Assembly: GCF_006345805.1 (NCBI RefSeq)
Contig: NC_043010.1
Span: forward strand, 28,024,001 to 28,088,000
Direction of reading: 5' to 3'
Length of the DNA stretch: 64,000 nucleotides
Source of the DNA: Octopus sinensis
Lineage: Eukaryota
Positions 13,065 to 25,652 of the stretch are shown one piece after another. The position numbers and the translations under genes are program-made. The notes below the pieces were generated by a model, which did no database searches, was not told the origin of the DNA, and saw only the letters and a list, made by a program, of their open reading frames with translations. The first letter of the stretch is position 1, and each line of letters opens with the position of its first letter.

Positions 13065-14435
13065 CTGTAGAAAGATAAACAAATAAAACAAAAACATACA
13101 TCAGGTGTCTTAAAACCGGTTTCAAAATACAACACCAACTTCCCAGTCACTAATGGTCTGGAACCTCTTATAATCTATTCCTATTTAAGAGCAGAAACTA
13201 CAGATTCCAGCAGACGCTAGAATGGTTTACTGGTACCTTGCACAGTACAATATTAAACTTGTGTCATCATCATCATTTAGCATCTGCTTTCCATGCTGGC
13301 ATGGGTTAGACGGTTTGACTGAAATTGGTAAGCTCGAGAGCTGCAACATGTCCTAGTCTGATTTGACATGGTTTGCCATGACTGGATGCCCTTCCTAATG
13401 CCAACCACTCCAAGAGTGTAATGGGTGCTTTTTATGTCACCCCAGCATTGGCCACAACTATGATTTCACATGACCTGACAAGTCTTCTCGAGCACAGCAT
13501 GGTCTCAGACACTTTTCACCTCCATGAGGCCCAACTTTTGAACAAAGCGTTTTACGTGCCCCTGGCACAGGTGCCAGTTATGTGGCACCGACATCAGCCA
13601 TGATTACAACTTCACTTGGCTTGACGTGTCTTCTCAAGCAAAGCATATTACCAAAGACCTCAGTCACTTGTTGTGAGCTCTGTGAGGCCCAGAGTGTAAT
13701 GGGTGCCACTTGCATGACACCAGTACCTACCACAACTACGATTTCATTTGGCTTGATGGGTGTTCTTTTCAAGCACGGCATATTGCCAAAGGTTCCGGTT
13801 ATCTGTCATTGCTTCTGTGAGGCCAAACACTCAAAAGGTGCTTTTTACATGACACCGGACAACCAAAATTATTTCTTCTTTATGTTTGAAAGCAACTAGA
13901 TGAAAACTCCAAGCAGTTTAAATGCCTTGTCCCACGTTTTCCTCATCCCATGTTTTCCTACGTCTAGCTCTTCTACAGTTTCCCCCAACAGTTCCTGTAT
14001 TTCATTTATTTGTTCAAGCAAATTTAATATTTGTTTGAGTTCAAGTGTGTTGGCCAAAGTGACCATACTTGGTTCAGAAAAATCTGTCATTTGGAAAGAT
14101 TTTGGACTCAAAAGTTCCAGTAAATCTATGTTGTACATATATAACATGCATAAACACATGTTTTCACAGACTGCAAATCCATTAGGTACCCTACATCCAA
14201 GGGTCCCTAATGGATTTGACTATTTATTAACCCCAGTACTTTAATGTTTGTTTAATTAACATGGGGAGGAGAAATATGAGGTGGGGTGCATTGGAGTGGA
14301 CATAAAAGCTAGGTGATAATACTCCATGACCACATGTTTTCCATGGAGGACCAGAAACAAATGACACCACTTGTATAATGGTGATCCTCATTTACAACCA
14401 TTATATGATGTCAATATAAGGATACATAAACATAA

Positions 14436-14473
<38 letters not shown>

Positions 14474-14792
14474 ATATACATACATATATATATATACATA
14501 CATATATATATATATACATATATACATATAATAATAATATTAGCGAATAAATCCAACTTACAGGGAAAAATTAAATTTAGGATTAAATCTAATTTTACAG
14601 TATAAATATATATATTTATATTAAATTAGAGATAAAACCACTATTAGGCAACAGTGAAAAACATAAACCAAAACATAGAAATAAATTAATTAATATAATA
14701 TACAAAATATATAAAATATAAAATTCAAAATTTAAATTATTTAAATTTAAAGTTAAAATTTAAATTTTTTTTTAAATTATTAAATTATACTT

Positions 14793-14826
<34 letters not shown>

Positions 14827-15233
14827 CAAATTGAGATAGGGGTTGTAAATGCAACTTTACTTGTATTTATATTCTTTTTTATATATATTCTAATTATTAT
14901 ACAACATTACTCTTTTATATACACTTTTTTATGTACATTCCTTTATGTACACTGATTTGTTCTGCTTTTTATATTTAACCCTACAGTCTCTTATGTGGTG
15001 GTCTAATAAAGTATGTGATTGAGTATTATCTGGTAATTGATATGATTTAGATGTATTTCTCCATTTTCTTATCTTGTATATATATATATTCATTGAATTT
15101 CCATCTAAGAAATCCACTCACAAGGCTTTGGTTGGCCTGGGGTCAATGTAGAAGACGCTTGTCCAAGGTACCATGCAGTGGGACTGAACTCAAACCCATG
15201 TGGTTGAGAAACAAACTCCTTAACCACCCATCC

Positions 15234-15647
15234 ACACCTGTGCCTATTAAGTGACACCTGTGCCTGTTAAGTGACACCTGTGCCTGTTAAGCAACACCTG
15301 TGACTGTTAAGTGACACCTGTGCCTCTTAAGCGACACTTGTGCCTATTAAGCAACACTTGTGCCTATTAAGCAACACCTGTGCCTATTAAGCAACACCTG
15401 TGCCTATTAAGCAACACCTGTGCCTATTAAGCAACACCTGTGCCTGTTAAGTGACACTGCACCTGTTAAGTGACACTTGTGCCTGTTAAGTGACACTTGT
15501 GCCAATTAAGTGACACCTATGCTGGTTAAGTGACACTTGTGCCTGTTAAGTGACACTTGTGCCTGTTAAGCAACACCTGTGCCAGTTAAGCAACACATGT
15601 GCCTGTTAAGCAACACCTGAGCCTACTAAGTGACACCTGTGCCTATT
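15234..15647. repeat. 20-bp minisatellite (CACCTGTGCCT[A/G]TTAAG[TG/CA]A), about 21 copies
   Basis: Direct tandem copies with no unique spacers. Confidence 0.95.
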
Positions 15648-15679
15648 TGGAAAGAAATATAAAGATGTCAGATGTTTAC

Positions 15680-15831
15680 CCTTCGATGCAAAGTAGGCCT
15701 CCGTGTAAGTGAGTTCCGTTTTAGTGTGGTGAGACGTTCTGCAATCTCTTTTGATATCATTTTCGTATTAACACTGATCCCGTCTTGATTTGGGTAAATA
15801 GTTGGGAAAGCCTCATGTGAAAGAGCTGAAC
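15680..15831 (-). CDS. TIR gene exon 9 (C-SALSHEAFPTIYPNQDGISVNTKMISKEIAERLTTLKRNSLTRRPTLHRR), end of TIR1 and linker
   Basis: Long polypyrimidine tract ttag| acceptor, agg|gtaaac donor, 152 nt, phase 1/0. Confidence 0.88.
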
Positions 15832-16325
15832 CTAAAAGAAAAACAAGAACAAAAAAGAAAAGAAAAAGATTAACTGCATGGCTACACAATTATTTTATGG
15901 TAAAATTGATCTTTTAGTTAGGAACAGGATCAAGTCAAATGCTTGAAGAGGAAAGATATCACGGGTACTTTGGGGTGGACAAACATCCTACCTGTGTACA
16001 AGAAAGATAATATTTTTTCACAACCAGACATGTTTCCACTTTTCCATGCTTGCATGGATCGGACGGCATTTACTGAGGTAGATTTTCTGTGGTTGGATAC
16101 TCTTCCTGTCACCAACCAACACCTTTCTACAAGTAAGGTTATATTTCTCCATGACCAGACATGTTTCCATGGAAGATTGGAAATGAATGACACCACCTGA
16201 ATGAAAATGACACTCACTCACAACTATCACACGAAGGCAAGACAAGAAGATACTAACACGCACAAACACACGACAGGCTTCTTTCAATTCTATATTTGTA
16301 AGATGAGGAATTTATATTATGCATA

Positions 16326-16553
16326 CTGTTTATATATTAGTTGGACTGGCACCCACATCTTGATTGTTGCTTTCACTACATTTTGGCTGTTGTACACTCA
16401 AGCCTTCTTCAGGTGTCTTGCATTAGGTTCAAAATTCCAATGCAACAAATGAGCCCAACACAAGACACTTGAAGAAGGCTGAAGCATACAACAGTCGAAA
16501 TGCATTGAAAGCAACAATCAAGATGAGGATGCTGGTCTGACTGACATAAACAG
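16326..16553. mobile_element. Head-to-head inverted pair of Penelope pLTR fragments, each with a decayed hammerhead motif
   Basis: Minus copy caagacacCTGAAGAAGGCT..CAGCCAAAAT; plus copy caagacacTTGAAGAAGGCTG..CAGTCGAAAT; 40-nt spacer. Confidence 0.7.
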
Positions 16554-17239
16554 GCTTCTTTCAGTTTCTGTTAACCAGATCCATTCAACCCAAAGCTATG
16601 GTAAAATACATTCATACAAGTTGCTGTACAGTGGGATTGAACCCAAAACTATGTGGTTAGAAACCAAACAACCATACCTGCCATTTTTTTTTCCCAGGCC
16701 CAGTGGCTAAACAACTAAAATTTTCAGTGCAATCCAAAGACAAAGTTTCGTTAAACAGGTCTGCCCCTAATCACAACAATATGCTACGGTTAATTTTAAA
16801 GAGGAGCAAGTAAACCTCCCTTGAACTAATCCAATGATTTTTATTTTAATTAGAGAGTCAGATATTATGGTTGTTATGTGTGAAGCACTCACTGCACTCT
16901 CACAAATACCTTCTTGTTGTTTAGTATCCCCTGAGGTCAGCATTGATCAACCTGATAACAGGGGTTTTCTCAATAAATCTTTGATGTGATACACTACATC
17001 GCTGGTATTGAATGATAATAAAGAGTGCACGTGCATGTGTGTGAGAGGCACTACAAAGATCACAGTCCAACAAAATGTTTTTGAAATTCCTATGATGATA
17101 ACAAAAGCATTTAAAAATAAAGTGTCAGATGTAGTGATAATTTTTTTTCTTTTGAGAACACTCTTTCTCTCTCTCTCTCAAGATATAAAACAGGTACCAA
17201 ACAGCAGGATATCTTGAAAGATACAGAAATATAAATAGA

Positions 17240-17690
17240 AAAACAAACAAGTAAACAAACAAAAAGTAACCAACAGACACAAAAAATGGACAAACAGACA
17301 GACCAATGGACAAACAGAGATTGATGGACGAACAGTGAGACCGATGGATGAAGAGTGAAACTGACAAACAGCGGGACCAGCGGGCAAACAGACAGACAGA
17401 CAGACAGATGAATAGAGACCAACAGGTGAACAGTGAAACAGACAAAACAGTGAGACTAACAGATGAACAGACAGACTAACAGACAGACCGATGGACAAAC
17501 AGAAAGACTGTTGGACGAACAGTGAGACAGATGGAGGAAGAGTGAAACTGACAGACAAACAGTGGGACCAACGGGCAAACAGACGGATGAATAGAGAGAC
17601 CAACAGATGAACAGTAAAATAGACAAAACAGTGAGACTAACAGATGAACAGACAGACCGATGGGCTAACAGACAGACCAATAGACAGAAT
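17240..17690. repeat. Degenerate (ACAG)n-rich tract with a higher-order duplication of about 175 bp
   Basis: Repeated gaagagtgaaactgac...gaatagagaccaacag...gacaaaacagtgagactaacagatgaacagacagac blocks. Confidence 0.8.
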
Positions 17691-17697
17691 TACTTAC

Positions 17698-17824
17698 ATG
17701 CTGATTGTCGAGTTCCATTAATATACTGAGTTGTCGCCAACTGAATTGCCAGACAACTTGGCGGCCACTCAGATAAAAAATTGATAGGAAGCATAAATTT
17801 TCCTAAAATATCAGCAAGTTTCAC
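17698..17824 (-). CDS. TIR gene exon 8 (VKLADILGKFMLPINFLSEWPPSCLAIQLATTQYINGTRQSA), TIR1 C-terminal half
   Basis: ttttatttcag| acceptor, t|gtaagt donor, 127 nt, phase 0/1; GK..LPI...EWP resembles the SARM1-type TIR betaD. Confidence 0.92.
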
Positions 17825-18580
17825 CTGAAATAAAATAAAATGAAACAAGGTAAAATTATTAAGAATCATTAATATAATCATTAATTAGTTTTCTGGGCCT
17901 CCTTTTCTTGGAACTACAGCTAATCCATAGGGGACATACATAGGCAAGAATCCTAAAAATATTCAGGATTCACATTCTTTCATTAGAACTATGGTTTGAA
18001 TTTTGGTATAAACATGGTTGTATGGTTGAAAACTGTTCTTCATAAGTCAATGGTTTCTGGTTGACCAAAAGTTTCTGAGTGCATGGAAAACTGTCAGACT
18101 GTTACCATTCTTCAGTGGTAATCAGTTCTATTGCAGCATTTAATTCTTTTGATAATAACCTGCTTCTTTGACACAAACTTCCTGTTTTAAAACGATCTGA
18201 ATTAAAACCTTACATCAAAATTTCTTATGTCCTGAACATCAGCTTAATAAGAACAACAATATTTTCAAAACTGATTGAAACAAAGACTGTGTATTTCAAC
18301 AGAATATGGTAACAAAAGGGTTAAAGTGATCTAAATTAAAATTAAAATTTCATGTTAATTTATGTTAATTTACGCTCTAAACAGTAGTTTAATAATAAAG
18401 TTATTTCAGTAAATACATTATTTTTTAAATTAATTGTGATAAAAGAAGTGCATTTCAACAGAAATATGGTAACAAAAGGTTTACTACTACCACTAACACC
18501 ACCAACAACAACATCAACACCACTACTACTACTGCTACCATCTTGTGCAAAGTAAAACCTGTTATCTACACTGATTTACT

Positions 18581-18788
18581 TTTTTACTTGTTTCAGTCAT
18601 TTGACTGCGGCAATGCTGGTGCACTGCCTTTAGTTGAGCAAATTGACCCCAGGACTTACTCTTTGTAAGCCTAGTACTTATTCTATTGGTTTCTTTTGCC
18701 GAAACCGCTAAGTTACAGGGATGTAAACACACCAGCATCGGTTGTCAAGCGATGTTGGGGGGACATAGACACACAAACATATACACAT

Positions 18789-18819
<31 letters not shown>

Positions 18820-18997
18820 AATACATACATACATACATATACGATGGGCTTCTTTCAGTTTTCATTTACCAAATCCACTCACAAGGTTTCGGTCGGCCCG
18901 AGGCTATAGTAGAATACACTTGCCCAAGGTGCCAATGCAGTTGGACTGAACCTGAAACCATGTGGTTGGTAAGCAAGCTACTTACCACACAGCCACA
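18581..18997 (-). mobile_element. Abundant tRNA-derived SINE, near full length
   Basis: Reverse complement of the 38274 family consensus (ggctgtgtggtaagtagcttgcttaccaaccacatgg...gactgaaacaagtaaaa). Confidence 0.85.
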
Positions 18998-20695
18998 CAA
19001 TTATTTATCACTTTTCTTTGAATAAATAAATAACCTATCAGTTCTCTTTGCCTTTTTCTGCTGTTACTATAATGGTTGCTGTTTGTAGGAGCTGGTCTCA
19101 CACCTCCAGCACCCAGGTACCCCTGACCCACTAGTTTCTTCATCTTTTGTCACTCTTATTGCATTCAACTCTGCCACCTGCCCTACATCCAGTCCTTTCA
19201 CTCCAGAACATCAGCCCTCAGCAATATCCTCATTGCCGGTGATGATCTACAATAGTTGAAACGGGACTTAAATGACATCAATGTTGTTGGTCCTGGAGAG
19301 CCTGAAATTATTCTTTTCTACTCTAGGAACAAGGCCTGAAATTTTGGGGGAGGGGGACCAGCCAATTAGATCGACTCCAGTACACAACCCCGAAAGGATG
19401 AAAGGTGGGGGGCAGTCGATTAGATTGACCCCAGTATGCAGCTGGTACTTAATTTATCAACCTCAAAAGGATGAAAGGCAGAGTCGACCTCAGCGGAATT
19501 CAAATTCAGAATGTAAAGACAGACGAAATATCTATTTCTTTACTACCCATAAGGAGCCAAACACAGAGGGGACAAACAAGGACAGACAAATGGATTAAGT
19601 CGATTACATCGACCTCAGTGCATAACTGGTACTTAATTTATCGACCCCGAAAGGATGAAATGCAGTGTCGACCTCGGTGGAATTTGAACTCAGAACATAA
19701 CGGCAGACGAAATACCGTTAAGCATTTCGCCCAGCATGCTAACGCTTCTGCCAGCTCTCACTGCCTGGAATTATTATGGAGACTTATGCTCTCTCCAAGT
19801 GAATATAACCAATGAAACACGAAGAAGGCCACAATCCTCGCATGGTTGCAATTTATTGACTGAAACCAATGAAAGAGCTAAAGAATTGGTGCAAGTGAAA
19901 AAAAATTATGAAACAAACTTTTGTCCAATGCTAGAATGCTTGCCATGTTTACATAAGATATGGGTTCAAATTCTACAAGCAGCCTTTGACTTTTTCTATC
20001 CAAAAGGGCTTCTAACCTAATATTTAAAAAAAAAATAATAAATGTTCCTTCTCAAGCCATGCCAGGCTCATAAGGGCTGGTTTCCCGGTTTCAGTGGCGT
20101 AGAAATTCCCCACCTGGACAGGACGCCGGTCTGTTGCAGGATTACTAATTTTTTCCAGCTAGTTGGACTGGAGCAACGTGAAATGAAGAGTTTTACTCAA
20201 GAACACAACGCATCGCCCGGTCCAGGAATCGAAACCACAATCTTACGATCATGAGTTCAACACCCTAACCACTAAGCCACATGCCTCCACTTAGAATGAA
20301 AGGCAATGCCAACCCCCACGGCATTTGAACTCAGGAGGTGAAGACAGACGTAATACTGCTAAGTATTTTGCCCGGTGTGCTAACAATTCTGCCAGCTCAC
20401 TGCCTTAATATTTACATGCTATTATTTACAGCTACATTTGCATCGGGATTCACCATTCCTAAACAAAAAAGCATCAAAACAAGAATATAAACTATCATAC
20501 TGAATGCAGCAGTTCTTATCTGATCATTGAAGTTAAGCAACGTTGGGCCTAGTTAGTACTCAGATGGGAGACCACTTGGGAAACCAAGGTGCTGTGTAAG
20601 CATCTCACTTGACAGCAGTGCCCCAGTATGACCACAGCTCTTGAGCTGAAATGAGTTAAAGAGTTAAACCAAAAATGATGCCGAGTATTATTTAC

Positions 20696-20821
20696 CTCTC
20701 GATTGCTCCAGCGTGTCAGACCATAACGTTGGGTGATGAGGGGTATAAATATTTCACAGTTGCTCACTGCATGGTTTAAGGAATCCTGCCAATCAGCACC
20801 AGTCTTGATCTCGTCCACATC
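20696..20821 (-). CDS. TIR gene exon 7 (DVDEIKTGADWQDSLNHAVSNCEIFIPLITQRYGLTRWSNRE), TIR1 BB-loop to alphaC with catalytic Glu
   Basis: ctcaactctgccag| acceptor, gag|gtaaat donor, 126 nt, phase 0/0; D..I..G.DW...L..AV..C..FI.LI...Y..T.W..RE is the TIR_2 pattern. Confidence 0.95.
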
Positions 20822-22057
20822 CTGGCAGAGTTGAGGGTAAAGCAAGAGGTGAAACACAAAATGACAATCAACAGAATAATAAAATACAAATGTTTGGAAA
20901 TTTTGGTACAGTTCTTTACCTGGAACCATTAGTTATTATCTAATCTTCTTTGATTTTTGTCAATGCAAATCACAGCTACGAAGTTGTGCAGTGACAGAAT
21001 CGGTAGAGCATCAGACAAAACGCCTTGTGGTATTTAGTGTAGACCTTTATGTCCAAAGTTCAAATCTCAACAAAGTCAATTTTTCTTTTTGCCCTTCCAG
21101 GGCTGATAAAATAACAATAGTTCAAGCCTGTTGTGCCATCAGGATACCAGAAAAGCCCTGGCAACTATCTTGCCAAGTGCCATGTAATTGTCATGGAATT
21201 TTCATACGAACACAAGGAGGGTTTTTCTCTAGTTTTTTCTTCTACAGTGCCAACAAGATGGCACTGGGGAAGAAAGTCTGTCCCAATTACCCAGACAATC
21301 TGAATGTGATGAGTTGGAACATATACTACAAAGAATTTGGTCCAAGATTTAACAATTCCTTCAATCCACCAGTCTTATGAGTAGATTTGGGAGAAGGAAA
21401 CTGAAAGAAGCCTGCCGTGCATGTATATATGTGGATATGTATATATGTGGATTTAGAAATGAATTACAATCACTAACAACACTATGACTGAAATAGGCTT
21501 CACGTGATTCTTGGAAGTGTAGTCTATTCCTAGCTACAATAACGACAACATGAATTTCTTCCATCTTCGTGTTCTGTTAAAGTATTTGAGTAAAATCATA
21601 TTAATGTGTCCGACTGGTTAAAATTCTATTTATTTATGCAGCTGAAGATGGCACTGCATTTACATTGATGTAATGATTGCATTGTTCAATTAAATGGAGC
21701 CGCTTGAAATGGTCATACTGCATCACTACTTGATATCCTGTTGCTTATTTTGATTTTATGTATATATGTGGATATGTATAGATATGAGCATTTCTCTCAC
21801 TCTCTCTCACTATTTTCCTGTATTTGGCAAGGTATTCACAGCTGGATGTTCTTCCAAACACCAACCACTTTACAGTGTGGACTGGGTGCTTTTAAGTGGT
21901 ACTTGCACTTAAGTGGTCACCAAGTACTTGCAAGACAAAAAAAAAATACTTTCAAGAGGGGAGGGGACACTGGAGGAGGTGGTCTTGTGTTGGATGATGA
22001 AAGGTTGTAGTGAGACAAAAACAGGTGTTTTGCTGTAGAGGAAGTACACAGTTACCC

Positions 22058-22114
<57 letters not shown>

Positions 22115-22419
22115 TCAGGAATGAAGACAGAAGCAGGTGTGCTACCGCAAAGGAAATACATGGTTATCCAACCCGAGGGAAATGCAGGAGAAGGAGTGAG
22201 GCTAGAGATGGTGGCAAAATGCCAGGCATACTCACAAGGGACAGAGATCAGAATATAAAAGGAATGGTTGAGTAAAGGAAGAGAGAGATATAGATGGTGG
22301 CAAGTGGTTCAAACGCCATGATGTGAGTGGCAGGATATTGTGAAGGAAGTGTGATTAAAGAGTGTAGAGGGAGGTGGTGAGTGGCAAAAACCTGTGTATA
22401 TATATAGATTGGAGTGAGG

Positions 22420-22770
22420 GGCTACTGGATAGCAATGATACAGAGGAACAGGGCCATGAGGACAGGATTAGGGAGTGAGAGCTAGGCATAGTGTATGAAG
22501 GAGGAAATGTGAGGAAGAGAAGAGATGTAGATTGGTTTGTTGGAGTAGGGTGAGTGAAAAGTTTTCTTGTTAGGAATGGGTAGAACACACAGGTTGGGGA
22601 CTAGTGGATAGCAATGATACAGTGGCACAAGGCCAAGAGGACAAGATTGGGGAGAAGGAGGTGAGCATAGGGCATAAAGTGGAAATGTGAGGAAGAAAAG
22701 ATGTAGAGACATAGTTTGGTTTGTTGTGGTGTAGAGTGTGAGAAGTTTTCTTGTTAAGTGTGGATGGGAC
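22420..22770. repeat. Tandem duplication of an approximately 178-bp unit
   Basis: ctactggatagcaatgatacag...gttttcttgtta appears twice (about 22422 and 22600). Confidence 0.75.
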
Positions 22771-23320
22771 ACAGGGCATTTAGAGCTCAGTTTCGCTGAT
22801 GTGGGCAGGTCTTATCATTGCTATTATGCAAAAGTGCCGTAAGTCCAAAATGTTGCTTTTTCCATAGCAAAACCGGTGCACAACACTTTGGCAATTTTTG
22901 ATATCTTGGCATCTGAAGCAGCTGGAGATATGATAGTTTGACCAAAAGAACTGACTATTACAAGCAAAAATAAGTATTAAAAAAAAAAGTATTTGGCCAT
23001 ATATGGACATACAATGACATAGCAACGATGTGTGTATGTGCATGCAGTTGTAAACGAGTGTCAACATCACGCAAGTGATGCAGTTCATTACCATTCTGTG
23101 ATGAACGAAGAACACATTGGCTGGGCAAAGGGGAAATGGATGAGGATTAATGAAAGGAATTGGATCCAACTGTAGAAAATCATTCTCAAATCTGATTCAC
23201 GGAAGCATGGAGCAAGTGGACATTAGAATGATGATGATGCTAGAATGGAAAGAAGGGAATGGATGCAACAGAAGGGAGGAATTTTCCAAAAATATGGGAT
23301 TTTAGAAAATAAATTCTTAC

Positions 23321-23489
23321 CAAAAATACGCTAATGTTGAGTGCAGTGAGTTCTTGTTTGAGGCTGATAGCAACTTGGGCAGCCTCAGCACGGACATAAC
23401 TGATAAGAATTTGCTTGGCATTTCCAGTTGTGACTGTATTCATAGACTTGGCAGAAATCTCTTCGCAATTGTTATCAGCAGATTTGGAA
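23321..23489 (-). CDS. TIR gene exon 6 (H-SKSADNNCEEISAKSMNTVTTGNAKQILISYVRAEAAQVAISLKQELTALNISVFL), TIR1 start
   Basis: ttctgtttttag| acceptor, ttg|gtaaga donor, 169 nt, phase 2/0; ILISY...A..L...L....SVFL is TIR betaA-alphaA-betaB. Confidence 0.95.
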
Positions 23490-23903
23490 CTAAAAACAGA
23501 ATTGAAAGTAAAGTGACAGAAATTATAAGTAAATTGGAACTAAAAGACAGAAATCAGAGAAATAAAATGGAAATTCTCTGATTATTTGAAAATAATATTA
23601 AAATAATATTCCATAATAATTTGTAAATGAAACAGAAATTAAACAATTCAGAATGAAAAGCAAATTAATTTAGTTGAAAATTTTAAATGTAATCTGAATA
23701 AAGATTTTAAATATTGGATACTGGCAAGGCTGTGTGGGTAAGAAGCTTGCTTCCCAACCATATGTCTTCAGGTTCAGTTCCAATGCAAAGCACCTTGGGC
23801 AAGTGCCTCCTATTATAGCCCCAAGCTAACCAAAGCCTTGTGAATGGATTTGGTAGATGGAAACTGAAGGAAGCCTATCATATATATATGTGTACATGTG
23901 TGT

Positions 23904-23952
<49 letters not shown>

Positions 23953-23955
<3 letters not shown>

Positions 23956-24855
23956 TCATCATCATCATCATCGTTTAACGTCCGTTTTCCACGCTAGCAC
24001 GGGTTGGATGGTTCGACCAGGGTCTGGGAAGCCAGGGGCTGCACCAGGCTCCAGTCTGATCTGGCAGAGTTTCTACAGCTGGATGCCCTTCCTAACGCCA
24101 ACCACTCCGCGAGTGTAGTGGGTGCTTTTTACGTGCCACCTGCACAGGTGCCAGGGGGATCCGGCATCGGCCACGATCGGTTGGAGCGTTTAACGTGCCA
24201 CCGGCACGGAAGCCAGCCAAGGCGGTGCTGGCAATGGCCACGTTTGGATGGTGTTTTTTATGTGCCACCGGCACAGAAGCCAGTCGGGGCAGCATTGGCA
24301 TCGGCCACGTTCGGATGGTGCTTTTTATGTGCCACCGGCACAGGTATCACAACTACTATTTCCATTGATATTTATTTCGATGTTCATGTTCATGTACTTG
24401 ACTCAACAGGTCTCCTCAAGCACAGCGGGACGTTCTGGAATCCAGGGTACTTTGAATGGGCAGGAGCTATGTGGAACTGGTGCAGGAAGCAGCCCGGGTC
24501 TTTGCAGTCACAGCATATCTCCAGAGATCTCGGTCCTTCGCCATTGCCTCAGTGAGGTCCAACGCTCTGAGGTCATGCTTGACTACCTCATCCCATGTCT
24601 TCCTGGGTCTACCTCTCCCCCTGATACCTTCAACTGTTTGGGAGTGGCACTTCTTCACACATCTCTCCTCATCCATCCGCAGTACATGACCATACCATCA
24701 CAAGCGTCACTCTGGCACACCACATCTGATGCTTCTTATGTCCAGCATTTCTCTCAGGGTGCTTACACTCTGTCGTGCATGCACACTGACATTACACATC
24801 CAGCAGATCATGCTAGCTTCATTTCTTTCAAGTCTACGCATGTCCACTGCAGTCA
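23953..24855 (-). mobile_element. 5'-truncated RTE-clade LINE (ORF2 C-terminus, 3' UTR, (GAT)n tail)
   Basis: DMRRLERNEASM..WMC.V...WYGHVLRMDEERCVKKC..TVEG.RGRGRPRKTWDEVVKHDL; tail ggacgttaaacgatgatgatg. The same 3' UTR recurs as short copies (e.g. 7350, 8400, 12140, 13265, 24860, 34075, 42130). Confidence 0.88.
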
Positions 24856-25047
24856 CATACATCATCATCATCATCATCATTTAGCGTCTGCTTTCCATGC
24901 TAGCATGGGTTGGACGGTTCAACTGGGGTCTGTGAAGCCAGAAGGCTGCATCAGGCCCAGTCTGATCTGGCAGTGTTTCTACGGCTGGATGCCCTTCCTA
25001 ACGCCAACCACTCCGTGAGTGTAGTGGGTGCTTTTTATGTGCTTATT

Positions 25048-25091
<44 letters not shown>

Positions 25092-25219
25092 CATCATCAT
25101 CTCTGAGTTTCACATCCATAAAGCACTTAGCTTTACAGCGTATCTATCATCAGATCCCAAACCTGTTGCCTTATGGTCTCTCTGGAAAATGGGGATGGGA
25201 AGGACCTCAGTATTCATTG

Positions 25220-25652
25220 TCAACAACAGGGGATTGTTTCCCTTCGGCTATCGATCGTAAGTGACCCTGTTATCTTGTGAGTTCCAATAGGCCAGCAGAA
25301 ATTTCCTGAAATGCAAGCACAGTCTAATGACTTCCATTCTGGAGTTAAGGATGTTCCCTGGATCGAGGGAGTCCTTTAAAATCCTTGCCCATTCCACTAT
25401 TTTTACAACACTTGGTCCTGTTCATGTAGGGACTTGAAAATCCTAGAAAATCCAGAGGCCCCTATATAAACAAGACCAAGTGTTGTAAAAATGTGCATAG
25501 CGGAATGGGCGAGGATATTAAAGGACTCCCTTGACCCGGGGAACATCCTTAACATCCTTCAGACCATTCTCACATTTCAGGAAATTGGAACTCACAAGAT
25601 AACGGGGTCCCTTACAATCAATAGCCGAAGGGAGACAATCCCCTATTGATGA
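25220..25652. repeat. Long imperfect palindrome (foldback), arms about 200 bp
   Basis: ggggattgtttcccttcggctat...ttttacaacacttggtc versus gaccaagtgttgtaaaa...atagccgaagggagacaatcccc. Confidence 0.85.

Noticed and set aside
13896-14159. 87-aa minus-strand ORF (DLLELLSPK...GMRKTWDK) as a TIR-gene exon
   Set aside because: Needs phase 1 while the flanking exons are phase 0 and join directly. There is no good donor, and its 3' part is an RTE remnant (GNCRRARRRKTWDE, similar to GRGRPRKTWDE).
15234-15647. CRISPR array
   Set aside because: Contiguous tandem units with no unique spacers, in a eukaryotic context.
20991-21380. 129-aa Cys-containing plus-strand ORF
   Set aside because: Its 5' third is SINE-derived, there is no recognisable motif, and no donor site was found.
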